Positions 35,401 to 48,689 of a stretch of DNA of 64,000 nt are shown piece after piece. A program made the translations under genes and the position numbers. Location: positions 186,001 through 250,000 of the forward strand of contig NW_021832382.1 of NCBI RefSeq assembly GCF_006345805.1. Reading direction: 5' to 3'. The stretch is from Octopus sinensis. Taxonomy: Eukaryota. Under the pieces are notes generated by a model. That model worked only from the letters and a program-made list of their open reading frames with translations, made no database searches and was not told the origin of the DNA. Numbering within the stretch: position 1 is the stretch's first letter; each line of letters begins with the position of its first letter.

Positions 35401-37160
35401 GATTTTACAAGGAAATAGCATGTCGCCGCTACTCTTTGTGCTCTGTCTCGAACCATTGAGTAGGCTCCTCAATGGAAGACACGAACAATTGTCAATAACT
35501 CATGAGGGACGTTTGTTTAACACGAACCACCTTGTGCTTATTGACGACATTAAATTGTTCGATCGGTCCTCAAACCAACTCCGCTCTATGGGAGAATGTG
35601 TGAACGAATTCCTGGGGAAAATAGGATTGGAACTTAATTTTTCCAAGTCGGCGACTAACTTGCAATTATATGGCGATCTAGTCAAGGTCTTGGAAGATCA
35701 CGAGGGATATAAGTACCTCGGGATCACTGAAAGCCCCAAATCGCTCATACTCCCAGAAACCAAGATCCAAATAATAGAGGGAGTTCGGAAGCGGGCAGCA
35801 ATGTTATGCAAAACTCATTTAAATGCAAGGAATTTATTCCATGCGTTGAATGAATATGCAATATCATTGCTTAACTATTATGTAGGTATTGTGGAGTTTG
35901 AGCCACAGGAGTACGATGATATGGATTGTATGATCCGTAGAGTACTGAGGGAAAACCATGTTTATGTGCTGGCAGCCAACAAGGAGAGGCTATATCTACC
36001 ACGTGCTCAATTCGGAAGGGGGCTTTGTGGAGTGGCCCATTTAAGTGAGCGTATTCTCCTGAAGATGCATGACCACCTGGTGTCTGGTGCTAGTGTATCA
36101 GATAGGATGTACGCAATCTTGCAAACGGAAAAGGCACGAGCTAGTCACCTTGGAACCATAAAGGCCTATTTGTTGGCTAAGTACGGTTTCGAGAGTGAAC
36201 GAGTGGTAGATGTGAAGGGGTTGATCAAAGTACAAAAAGAGTCTTTGATTAAAAAGATCAACTTAAAAGTCCTTCACAAGACCCTCTTCCAAGCTTTGGA
36301 CAATCCGCATGTTGACGTTAAGTCGTCAACGACTTGGCTAAGATATGGAAATAATTCCCCTCGATCCGAAGAATTATTTACCTATCTGCAAGATCGAAAC
36401 TTTTTCTGGAATCGATTTAAGGTCTGTCCTCATTGTAAATTGAGGTGCCTGTCCGTAGACCACATAGCCACGAAATGCGGTCGTATGCTTTACCACGACT
36501 ATACGTGGAGGCATAACGAGGTTGTACGTAGTTTACACTTAATGCTGTGCAATAAGTATGGGATTAGACGTTCCAGAAAGTTGCGAACTCATAAGGTGCA
36601 GTCTGTGGTCGAGAATGCTAGAGTATGCATTAAAGTGAATACTAGTATTCACACCTCGATACTTGTCCAGCACAATAAGCCGGACATTGTGGTACAAGAT
36701 AAGGTCTCTGGCGAGATACCTATCATAGAAGTTGGCATCACATGTCTAGATCGTTTGACCACGGTGGAAGTGGAAAAGAAGCGTAAGTACGACCTTCTTG
36801 CAAACGAGCTTGGGTTGATGCACGGATGCAAGGTCTTTGTCATTCCTTGCGTGATGACATGGGAAGGAATTGTATCTAAGTACCACAAGGGTTATCTCAG
36901 GCAGTTGGGAGTCGATAGGTACATTCAGGCCTATATGCAGTCCACTGTCCTGAAAAGAACTCTAGAGAGTGCATCTGTTGATGCGCGCAGATCCAGCCCC
37001 CTAATGCCACATGGGCAGAATTATCGGCTGGAAAATGCTCTCACAGAGCTATTCCTTCGACCAGAAGCAGAGGAGGCTGGTCTCCAGACTTCAGATGCGG
37101 ACGGGTCGTCGGATTAATATTTCATTATTTCGATCAAGAAAAGCTTTAACAATTCAATCA
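32500..37160 (+). mobile_element. R2/NeSL-like RLE non-LTR retrotransposon, near full length, disrupted
   Basis: DYRPITC, QLG, DVKKAFDS, GILQG, LIDD-type active site, CPHC..H...C knuckle, RHNEV and KPD..EV..KKRKY RLE motifs. Frameshift near 33000, TGA at 35342 and a Tc1 insertion. The 5' end is approximate. Confidence 0.9.
33777..35214 (-). mobile_element. Tc1 element inserted in the RLE LINE RT domain
   Basis: 26-bp TIR CAGTG(G/C)TCGTCAAAAAAAATTGCTCA; TA TSD; HTH ORF 34573-35019 and QQDNASCH remnant. Confidence 0.93.
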
Positions 37161-37190
37161 TCGAAGGTAAATTCAGAAAGTTTAAGTTAT

Positions 37191-39157
37191 TTATTCAATC
37201 TCATTACTCTTTAGGGCCTTATAAGTCAATTTGAACTGTAATTTACGAGAATAGACAAAACCACCTTTTCAAAATCAGATTTAGCTTTCTTAAAGTGAGG
37301 CTGATCAGAAGCCAGCGCCACCTTCAAAGTAGTCCTTACCATTGAAGCAATTTTCTGTTCTCGGGGAACTTTTGTGGACTTTGTGTTCACTCTGACTTTA
37401 TTCTGGCACAATTTCTTCAATAAATCACCTTCTTCGAGTGAGCATACTCATACATTTCGTCTATCGAACGATCCATTGAAAACTTTGAGGTGCGTAAAAG
37501 TTTATTCATTTTGTGTTTGATTCGAGTGACATCGACAAGTCCCTCAACTCCGTCCTCGATGTCTCCAAACTATCGTGACCATAACTGTGCCTCACTTGTG
37601 TAGTGAACGTGCCTGTCTCCTGGTAAGATTCCTGATTTAACATTGTGTCGACTTGCTCGGCGACTTTTTTTTGTGTATTCTCCCAAAGTTCGTCGGACAT
37701 TCGGGACATGGATTTACCGATATAACTTCGAATACCACACTTTTGGGAAATTGCCAATATTTTGGAGTCTAGAAGCTCTCTTTTTTGGTTTCTGTAGTTT
37801 TCCAGGTACACATCAAACTTGTTCTAACAAATATGAACATTTCATCACCGGCAAAACTCTTCTGATATTTCTGAGCTTAATTTGTGTGTTTTTAACTTTC
37901 CCATTCCTTGATTTTATAGTATTATTCGGTACCTAACAAAGTCGATATTCTTCGACTTGAAAAACTTTTCTGCGACAATTCCGTGTTCACTAGACAAGTT
38001 TTCAAAAGGGTTTCCGAGAAAAATGATTTTTCTTATTTTTGGCCACAAGGATAAAGACAAAACACTTTCCTCATCTCCGATCTGCCAATGCTATTAAAAG
38101 TAACTTGATTTTCAGAGAGATCGATGACTTGCAAGTTGTTGTAGGACAGGAAATAATCACCCTGATTTAACTCTACTACTTATCAGGTCAAGAAAACTTA
38201 AATAGTTGTCATTCAGACACAAATTTTCTTCAAACTGTTCAGAAAGGTATTGCCTCGTCGCATTCTCGATTTGTTCAATGGGAGGAATCTGTTTGATGTT
38301 GTTGTGTCTTAACTTTAAAGTTTTTAAACTAAATAAATAGATTTGATTACTTTTGTAGAGGTCCCAGTCGATTGAATATTTCATAATCTGAGATCTGGTT
38401 TTCCTCCAACGACAGACAAGTCAGCTTAGGAAACCAACTACAATACACAACTTTACATACCAAGGCTGCTTGCCATCTGGCTCCAAATGACAACTCCAAT
38501 CAAGTCTGGGATTTCCGTCAAGATTAAGTTCGGCTAGTTCAACAAGTCCAGCCAAGAACTTAACCAGATTTGGGTCGATTATATTATTGTACGACAAATT
38601 AAGAATCTGCCGAGTTATATCTGCTCCTAACTTTGAGGTTTCCAAAGCCTGGCTTAAATGGAAGAACCAAGTGACTGATGTTATTGAGAGTAAGGTTGAG
38701 GCTGCTGAGAACTGGAAACGACGCAAAAGTTTCTAAAAATAACCGTTTGGGTGGAACCAATCCCAAGTCTGTTGTCCGTGGCGTCGATCTCCACGAGGGA
38801 AGAAAAAATACTGAAATCCTCGTCATCCTTCCAAGTCAAAGTGGCAGAAACAAGACGAAGGGTCTCCACACTTGATGGGTCCAATGTTTCGAGTTGTGAA
38901 AGCTACGTGGATTTGTATTAGTTATTGGACTATGAAATCGCAGGTCAGTTCAACGTTGGGCGATGAATGGGGTTTTGTTTTATGCAGATTGTCTTTTTTC
39001 CTGCTAATAAATTCCTGCAGTTCAGATCTATAGACTGTCAGCCAAGCACCATCTTGTCAATTTTTGTAAGAATCAAGTTACCTGATTCGGACGGGCGGAT
39101 CAGAGGACGGGCTGGAAAGCCTTGAATTGAAGCTGGCTCTTTGAACGTAGCTACCAT
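37191..39157 (-). CDS. XRRA1: XRRA1-like leucine-rich repeat protein
   Basis: GFPARPLIRPSES..GAWLTV N-terminus, EDFSIFSSLVEIDATDNRL..LETFASFPVLSSLNL LRRs and C-terminal HFKKAKSDFEKFKLTYKAL resemble XRRA1 as recalled; multiple micro-introns, e.g. 39053-39081. Confidence 0.7.
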
Positions 39158-39223
39158 CGTTGGCAACAATATTAATTTAAAAAATCATAATAAATTTTCA
39201 AGACATTAATTCTCGTGGGACAA

Positions 39224-40990
39224 ATGGAAAGCACGGATGAACTGATATTCACGTCCTTGTCAGAATATGGCTGGTTGTCTGGACTAGGCTAATGGTAGCA
39301 CCTTCGACAGCAAAGCGAGCGTGAAAGGACTTTCGATAGAGGAGGCATTCCGTCTTACTCATTTTGCCCTTTCCCTCATCGATTCATCCAACCAGACTTC
39401 GAGTCTGTCTCCACATCTCGAAAAGCGATTCAAACAGTGCAAAGAATTATCCGACATTGTTCAGGTCTGCTCATCTGCTGAACTGACAGGGCATGGGATT
39501 CCGTGGAGATTTGGGATTCGAGACATTCCTCTACGGAAATACCCTCCAACTACGCAATGTTCTTCTTTTCCTACTTCAGAAAGTCTCTCATCGCTCTAGT
39601 AAAGTCCCTTCAACGAGTAATAATCCCATTTAAGCCCCCCAGAGAATAACTCGTTCTTCCTCAGACTGAGGGACGAATTGCGGGATCAGCTGGCACTCCA
39701 AAATCTGCCCCACCAACTCCGTCCCCCTCATTCAAAGTTTTCTGAAGGAAGGGTTTCTTCCTTTGTGGTGGAACACGTGTCTCCTGTACTTGCACCAATC
39801 TGCACTTGTCGCTACGACGACAATTTGTGTTGTTCTCTTCTTACAAATGTCGTGCGGAGCAGATATCCTCAACTCACTTTCAATCAGCCCACGGTTCCCA
39901 CGAGGGGGGTAGAAAAGGCAGTCCAGGAATCTAAAACCCCGTCATGTCTGCCTGGGAATGAAATGTCAAAAGATACTTTGAATGTACCAGTTTTGGGAGG
40001 GGAGACACTCCAGGAAATGGCCCAGTTGAAGGCACAAGTTCTCCTTTTGGAGGAAAGACAAAACCAGGTTGGAAGGTTTTTATGACTTTAAGATGGGTAA
40101 CTCATTAGAAACACTGGAGAAAGAATATTCCTCCAGTTTATCACTTCTCAAAAGACTGAGAGAAGCCGGAAATATTTCATCAAGTGAGTTGGATGAGGCC
40201 CAAGTACTTGTTTCTTTAACTCGGTAGAAAATCGCCGAAAAAAGAAGGATTCGATTGGAAACCATGCATACCGAGTGGGAAATCCACAAGGACGTTTCAT
40301 TGGAGGAACAAGGACAGGTCATTCAACTTGGGGAGGACGAAGCTGACCAGGCAAACCAGTTAATAACCGAATGTGATCGACTACGCCGAATGATTGCTGA
40401 AATGGACAAGAGATATCGATCTTTGGTCTTACTTTGAATGACATCATCAGGCTCGTTCTGAAATGGCCTTTCCCAGACGTCAAATCTACATTGATCGAAT
40501 TTTTTCCACTCAAAGAGTGCTGAATCAGGACAGAATCGAGTATGCCGAGGTGGATGCTTCCTCGACTCATTTATAGCTTGTGAAGGAGTGTCGTCTACAG
40601 GAAGAACATATATCTCTGTTGACGCACAAGTTGAATCGTACAATGTCTGAGTTGTTCGTCTTGTTGGATTCGGTTGCGGCCTCTAGTCATTGATAGGATC
40701 CGCGAAATGTGAAAAAAGTGATTCCTAATGCCAAGATGGTCATTTTGCATATTCACAGAGTTGGTCTTTTGACTTGTTGTAGTTTTGGGAGAGGATTCGA
40801 GACGTTGCAATAAGTCTTAGGAAGATTAAGGATTTGACTAATTCAATCGACAATAAAGTACAAGTCCCCGTTATTGTAGATTGAAAAACTCGAATCAAAA
40901 AATACTGCCGAGAAGAGTAGACGAATTATGGCTGATTTGGACATTCTTCTCGACCAAAACAAAAAAATGATTGATCAACTCAAAAACTGA
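39224..40990 (+). CDS. CCDC22: CCDC22 (Commander/CCC complex)
   Basis: MESTDELIFTSL...RFKQCKELSDIVQ|GMGFRGDLGFETFLYG...LRNVLLFL N-terminus and C-terminal RQIYIDRI...KLNRT coil; 23-25-nt introns. Confidence 0.8.
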
Positions 40991-41359
40991 TTTTATTTAA
41001 TCTTAAGATTATTATATTGCTATAATATGCTATTCGGTTATGATATTGTGAATATACACGAGTTGTGTAATTTGTGATAAGAGTTGACTGTGTAGAAGTT
41101 TGGGGTTATTTTGCCCATTGATGGGGAAATTTGAGGTTTAATACAATGGTTTGTGGACAAATTGCTACATCTGGATTGTCTAGTTGTTTCTCGCTACATA
41201 GATATTGTGGAGGATTTCAAAATGTCATTTATGTGGATCAAATAGTTAAAAAACGAGGTAAATATGCATAAATTGAAAAAAAATTAACGCTGCTATAAAA
41301 TAAATGTATAGATTAAAAAAGTAATTTAACTAAACGACCAAAAATTTAAATAATAAGTA

Positions 41360-42653
41360 ATGTTATCGATGCGCCATCATGGCAGCTGTTCCACTGCTGT
41401 GGTCGAGTTCGGCAGTGTCTATACAAAGTGCTCCTCATATAATAAAATAAAGAGTCGGCTATGCTCAGGATACGGCGCCTCTCAGTATTATCCACCAACA
41501 TTTATACGAATTTACAGCTTATAATACTAATTTTATCAATAGATTACTCAAGAAAAGCTCAACATTTCTAAGCACTTTAATAAAAAGAAATTTTCTTGCT
41601 TTGTCCGTTCAATTTTTAAGCGGTTTTTTTCAAAAATAATTCCAGTGAGTTGCTAACCACGACGGGAAATAAAGCGATTCTCATTTTTTCCACTCCCTTC
41701 CAAAAAATGATCAAATTGGCAGCCAAAATATTATTCGACGAATTTCAAGCAAGATTTTTCTTGTTATTGCAGGTATCCTCGGTGGTCGCGGTATCTTCTT
41801 GCTGTTTGTGTCCGCTTAGTCTGGGCATACAGTCGGCACTCGTCATCGACGTGGGCTACTCTGAGAGTAGAATAATTCCAGTATTTCAATTTCAAACCAT
41901 AGATTTACGAAAACTTTCCAATTGTCACCGCCTGTCGTTTTCTGCCTACTGGGTCTCTAAACATACACGAGTTTAATCAATTTAGTTATGTATTTAGAAA
42001 GATTCTCACATCTTTGGAAAGTTAATGAGATTTAATACTTTTAGTCCCCAGTTTGGACGAAGAGGATGCAGAAAATATCAAAGGTTCACGTTTTTGACTA
42101 TTTGGAAGCAATGGCCTGTTTTGTGACGTCCTACAGTCGAGCAGAATCTCTAAAGAGGGGTGAATACATCATTCCCCCTCCCGATGTTACATATAAGCAC
42201 GGGGTAGTCATTTCTGGTTTGTTAAGGTGGTGAATGTGTGTTCTATTTTAAAGGGAGACTGTGTGTGAGTGTCTTTTCGACGAACTGGCTTGGAATGTTG
42301 TTGATTCGATTATTAATGTTGTTTAATTGATGAGACCATAGTCCCCTATTGATGTGCGCTCCTGTTTGGCTGGGAATATCGTAGTGGTTGGCGGATCAGC
42401 TATGTTGAGAGGGTTCTCTGCTCGACTTGTTTCGGAGTTGCAGGCCGAGATATGTCGTCTTGGAAGAATGGAACTCAATTTTAAATTCCATAGACCTCCG
42501 GTCCCTCCGAACTGTATGTCCTGGCTTGGGGGGTCTATAGCTGGGTCAGTTCCAGATTTTATTAAGTTGGTGGAGAATACGGACAATTTGTCTGACTTGT
42601 CTCCTTTCGTGTCGATTAAAAAGAATATTGTTGATATTCCGTCTCTAATTTGA
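41360..42653 (+). CDS. ACTR10: Actin-related protein 10/11 (dynactin pointed end)
   Basis: TAVVEFGSVYTK|VGYA, SLGIQSALVIDVGYSESRIIP and LAGNIVVVGGSAMLRGF...MSWLGGSI; introns include GC-AG 41749-41772. Confidence 0.8.
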
Positions 42654-43744
42654 TATTTTTGTTCTAATATGTTTTTGGCCATTTGTTAGTTTTATATATT
42701 TATTAGTCATATTTTATAAGAATTTCACTAATACATGTTAGTATTCAAGCGTATTACTTCCTTCTTACTTCACTGTGATAAGCCGGATAACATTCAATCG
42801 AGAACATGTGCGAACTTTTTTTGCAATACTTGCAAAATATGTGTTTACAATAATTACATTTCACCATTTTAATATCCCAAATTACGAATTTAGACATACC
42901 GCACAATGGGCAAGAAACCTCCCATCCTTCATTCTGACAGGTTTAAGTTAAATTAGTACATTACAATCATGTTTCTTTACAGGTATTTGAATGAATTCAG
43001 AGGGCTTAATATTTTCTTTGTCTGCTTCGAAGGCGATGGACATATTAGCAGTATAATACGGGATATAATGTAATAAATAATCAGTTTATCGTTTTAGCGA
43101 GAAAGCCGAATTATTAAGAATTTTTTAAAGTACTGATTTAAGGCAATATCATCCAATTTTAATTATCCAAAATATATAACTCACTAATTTCTTGACAATT
43201 TATTTTTGTGTTCGTTCTCCCAAAATAAAAAAATCTTTCGTTAATTCTGTTGTTTATCTTCATATTCATTATAACATTTAAAAGAAAACATATTCAGATA
43301 AAATCCTCAATTAAAATTTCTTAATCATATCAGAACATTTTGAATTAGATTTATTTTTTACTGTCAGATTTCACACCAAAGAAAATATTTTATTTACACC
43401 AAAATCTTTGAGCAGAGGCAGACTCTGATTTTGTTATTCAGTAGTTTCTAAGTATTTGTTGAGATACACTTTTGGTAAAATCTGTTCAAGAGCAATCGTT
43501 GAGTGCGAATGCTCTCTGAGTTCGATAAAAGCTAGAATCCTTTGCAAAATAGAAAAGAGCTTAATTTGTCCAGTACCTGTAACTGTCGGGTTGGTAAGAA
43601 AATTTTGAAAGCTATTATTTCGACTCCACAATTTCAATCTATCGACTAAAAAAGAAAATAAAAGTTTTTTCCTAATAAGCATAATGAAGATATTCGAACT
43701 GACAATATACCTTAATATGCATGGGAATAGACACAGTGTCTCGT

Positions 43745-44100
43745 CTGGGATGCTAAGTGCATTGATTCATTCTATCCATGGGCAATCGTGTCATCTGCCA
43801 CATCTCTCGGGTCCGCTGCGGAAAAGGCGGCGACGGCCAAAATAAATAATACCAAGAACTTGGACGCCGCTTTATATTTACACCAATCGCATTGGAGACA
43901 TCGAGCGTCGCCGAGCCTCTAACCTCGGCCTTTATCAGCGACATCCGGAGGAAATTGGCCCATAGGACGAAAGAGCCACGCGAGGTTTCGTGGCTATTGC
44001 AGAGGATATCCATCGCCATTCTCCGTGGCAACACGCATGCGGTATTTTCCGCAGGAGTGCGCGTGCTTTAGCCCCTTGGAGATTCCTTTTTGTTCATTCC
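43745..44100 (+). mobile_element. CRE-clade LINE 3' fragment (further subfamily)
   Basis: WDAKCIDSF...FTPIALETS...EPREVSWLLQRISIAILRGN. Confidence 0.75.
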
Positions 44101-44259
44101 TTACTTAACTTGTTCCACCATATTTAATAATTAATAAATAGACGCAATAAAATTAATTATTTGTATGGTCCCTAATGTTCAGACGATCGCAATTAAAAAA
44201 ACACTCGAGAGCATGCGCCCGGAGTACAAACTCTTGCCTACAACGGCAACGCATGCAAT

Positions 44260-46330
44260 CAATTAACGACTAAGTGAAGGAAGCAGCCACCACAAGACAT
44301 CAGAGGAACCTGTCAAAGATACAGACGCTGTATTCCGGCCCATGAATCTGGCGGAAGGAAGTGGATCGAGCATCCCAGTTTGTTCCAGGCAAGTTTTCGA
44401 ATAGCCTTGGTGGAGACATGATCGTGTATCTGCTTTGTCCTTGGAGGAAGGCTCAGGAATTTTTGACAGTTCACGGGTTAGATTTGCAATGGTGAGTACT
44501 ACGGCTGTTTTTTGTATGGGAGAGGAAATGACATGGGTGGTCTGATTCCATGGCCGCACTGAACAATTGCAGGTTTTGCATGCGAAGGTGATCTTCCACA
44601 GGGAGGATGGTGGTTTCTCAGTGGAGATGGTCGGAAGAAGTGAATAACATGCATCCGGTAATTGTTCGGAGAGCACCATTTTGAATCCTTTGGAGTTTTT
44701 AAATGTTGCTGGATGAAAGAGAAGCGGCCCAAGCGGGGCTAGTGTAGTTAAGGGAGATCCTGATGTATTGTTTATAGATTATTCTTAGCTTTTCTTTGTC
44801 TTGACCAAAAGAGGATCCGGCCACTGCTCGGAGGGCATTCCTTTTTTTGTTTAATTTTTTGATTATGTGGTCAACATGAGAAGAGAAGGTAAAACATTGG
44901 TCGTAGATCACTCCCAGGATTTTCGGAGTTTTTGAGATGGGGAGGCGTTCTTCAAAGATTTTCAACTCTGGATGCTGGTCTAGTTGGCGACGGTCACTGG
45001 TGAACAACGTAACACTGGACTTGGAGAAAGAGGGTGAGAGGTGGTTGGTTACAAACCAAGACTCCAATAAATCCAGATGGGTTTGTAGGCGTGTGCAAGC
45101 AATTGAAATGTTCTTGTCCCGAGCCGCCAAGATCAAATCATCAGCATAAAACAGGATCAAAGTGTCTTCCAGTTCAGGTAAACTGCTCAGGTGGAAGTTA
45201 AACAAGGCCGGGGAGAGGGCCGATCTTTGCGGGACTTTATTCGGTAAGTATCGCGCGTGCGACGTCTTCGACATGAACAAAGTGCGACCCAGTCTGCCGG
45301 ATATGAACGACTTGAGCCATTTTTGAATCATTGGAGGAATACTCGTCGCTTTAATCTTGTTTTAAAGTAGATGGCGGGAAGTCTTGTCGAAAGCTTTTGC
45401 AATGTCGATCAAAGCCAGAATTGTGCGAAGTGGTGGTTTTTGTTGTTAAAACCATCCGCAATGAAGTTCCATTAGTTTTGTTAGGTGCGTAGAGGTGGAA
45501 TGAGATGGGGGGAAACCATGTTGGGATCTAGACAGGTTGATTTGCGAATATATGTGTTTCAAAATGAATCTCTCCAAAACTTTTGAAGCGACACAAAGCA
45601 GAGAGATAGGCAAGAAAGAACCTGGGTCCCGAGGATCCTCGTTCAGCTTGAGTGCTGGGATTATACTTCATTGTTTCCATAACATGGGGACATATCCAAC
45701 GTTCAATAAAGTTTGAAAGATGTCCGTGATGGCTCGAAGTCAATTCGGTCCAAGGTTTTTTAGATGATGAATGCATATTCCGTATGGGCCTTTCGCCGAC
45801 GAATTCTTAGGATTCAAGATTAGAGCACGTATGTCCAACCAGTCTATCTTGATCGGAGAGACGTTTGGTGACGGAGGGTGATTCAATATACGTACACAAT
45901 TTGATCTGTCCATGTTGATCTGACAGATAGAGCTGTAATGGGACATAATGTCATCCGCTTGTTCCCGAAATGACTTCGAGCTGAGGCGTTTATTTATCAC
46001 AGATTCGTGAGTGGAAGTATGTAAGGTCTGTCCGGAAGAAATAGATTTCAATGCGTCCCAAAATTCAGTTGGCTTGGTAGGATGATCCAGTCTAGATACA
46101 AACTCTTTCCACCTGGCTTTTGTCTTGTAGGATGTGGTCAGTGATTATCCCGTTAATAAGTTGGAGTCCCGAACGCCATTCCTCTTTATTGCACGTCTCT
46201 CTTTTATGAGGTCAATGATCTTCTTTGTGAAAAGTGTTTTGTCCCGCGGATGAATCCTTTGGGAATGTATTTTCGGTCTGCAGAGATTATGCAATTGTTG
46301 AAGTGTTTTATTGCATCATCGATCAATTTA
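44260..46330 (-). mobile_element. I/Jockey-superfamily LINE, degenerate RT
   Basis: VPQRSALSPALFN, FYADD and PKILGVIYD...FSSHVD motifs; frameshifted upstream. Confidence 0.8.
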
Positions 46331-47037
46331 AAATTTAGGACTGAGAATTTTGAGAAATACTGACAAACATCCTGGTATAAATCATTAGTTTAACGTAATT
46401 TTTAACGTGAATTATCATTTACATATCACGTTGAGCACAATTTATGACACTTATGGGGTCACTGCTGGCTCGGTTTAAATCTCGGATCGCGACATTATCA
46501 TTTCTTCTACCGATATGAAAGATATCTATTTTTATACTGTTGGACTGGAGAATTTGATTCATAAAAATCGTATGTCAAATATATCTTCAACCTGCAAACA
46601 AACAGCAGCACTTATCTTTTAACAGACTTGAAAAGAGATTGCTTTATTCTAAGTTGAGTTTGACAAAAGTCTATTCTTTGAATATAAAGACTCTGGTATA
46701 CCGTTCATTTTTCTATGGACAAGGAAGTTTAATTTAAATAGAAAAAGGATATTATGACAAAATACCCAAGTTCTATTTCGTGGTTGATACATAATGACAA
46801 ATAATTGCATTCTATAGAAAAAAGCAATTATTTATCAATAAAAAATCCAAGTCAGATTAGAGAAACCACGAGACTAACCCTTCTTATTGGATATTACTAT
46901 TGTCTCAATCAAAAATAAATTTTGGACTCAAGTGACTGCATCATGAAAGCAAATGGCAAATGAGTGGAGAGAAGGAAGAATAAATATAGCCATAATATTT
47001 AATTAGAACAAAAGAAAAGAAAATTAAACTAAATAAA

Positions 47038-48401
47038 TTACAGTTCGACGCTGTTCGGCAATTCAGAAATAGAAATACCATAGTGAGTCTGAATGTCACT
47101 CAACATTCTTTTATCACTCTCACACACAAAATTAATAGCAGTCCCCTTTCTCCCATACCGTCCACTTCTCCCAATCCTTAACAAATACACACAATCCATT
47201 ACCTGTGTAAATATGATTGTCTGTCGTTGGGGACATCATAGTTAATGACCAAATTCACGTGCTGCAAATCTAACCCACGCGACAACAAATCACTCGAAAT
47301 TAGAATGCGACAGTTCTCAGACCGGAACTCCCCAATGACACGATCTCTCTCTGCCTGGTCCAATTGCCCGTGCTAGCATAACCACAAATCATCACCATAG
47401 ACTCCACCGGGTATTTCTGAGATCTCATCAACTCGGACAAACATTTGACAGTGTTGATACTATTACAAAATATGACAGCTTTGGATATAGACACGTTGTT
47501 GTATATCATCTTAAGGACATCAATCTTACTCTCCTAACCATCAAACTCACATAAACCACCTGATTAGCAACATTGACATAATATTGCGTAATCCCCGAGA
47601 GAGTCAACTCTGTCCGACTCACCAAAATACGGAAAGGATTTATCAAAAACTTGTCCGACAATTCCAAAACCTCATTCGGCAAAGTCGCAGAAACAAGGAC
47701 AAGCTGACCACTTTTTGGCATATTGTCGATCAGCGCACACATTGTCTCCCGAAACCCCTTCGAAAGCATCTCATCGGCCTCATCAAGGACAATCATGAGC
47801 AGATGATCCAAGCGAAGGACATGTTCAATAATCAAATGGAGAACCCTCCCAGGAGTCCCCACCACAATGTCCACTCCATCACGGACATCGGTCACGTTGT
47901 CCCTCACATTCCGACCTCCCACCAGAGCTCTGACGGATAACTAAAAATGTGTAAGTTGATGGACCTGGCAGTGTTTTGACAAGTCTACGAGAACGTTGTA
48001 GGACTGGGTGGCCAACTCTCTGGTTGGAGACAAGACAATTGCTCGACATTTGTGAACAGGGTTCTCTTGATACGCACAAAACACTCGCTGTACTGCAGCA
48101 ATTGAAAAAGTAGCAGTTTTTCCTGTTCCCGACTGTGCTTGGATCACACAGTCTCTTCCGTTATAGCATGGGACTATTGCACGTTGCTGAATTTGGGAGG
48201 GGCGCTCAAATCCTGATGAAAATATTCCTCGAAGAATTTCCATCTTGAGACCCATGTCTTGGAAATTCTCGTATATTGTGATGTCTTTACTGGTTGTAAA
48301 GATAAGTTCGGTTTCTGCATTTTCAAATTCATTGGTCTGAATATTAATTATTATTAAATATTGATTTTTTAAAATTTTTATTATGTAACAACCTGAGACA
48401 T
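47038..48401 (-). CDS. EIF4A3: eIF4A-family DEAD-box helicase, most like eIF4AIII
   Basis: [27 protein letters not shown] (eIF4AIII-type motif VI); introns of 56, 24, 26, 23 and 26 nt. Confidence 0.75.
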
Positions 48402-48689
48402 AACAAAACAACTAATGTAATAAAAACGTGAAGTATTTTATTGCTTAAATTATATTAATTAAATATATATAATCATTTAAGTTTATATATAAGTAAATCC
48501 TAATAATTTTAAAAATCCTTCTAATATATTTTTTGAGGAGAGACCAGCTGCCATGGAGAAAAGTAGCTATATATAGAGTATTGGTGGGCCAGTGCAGCAG
48601 TTTTTCCGTAAGGTAACGGTTGGGAGTCTTCGCTTTTGGGGAAACATATGGCTTTTTTGAGGTGGTTATACAACTATGTATAATCAATC

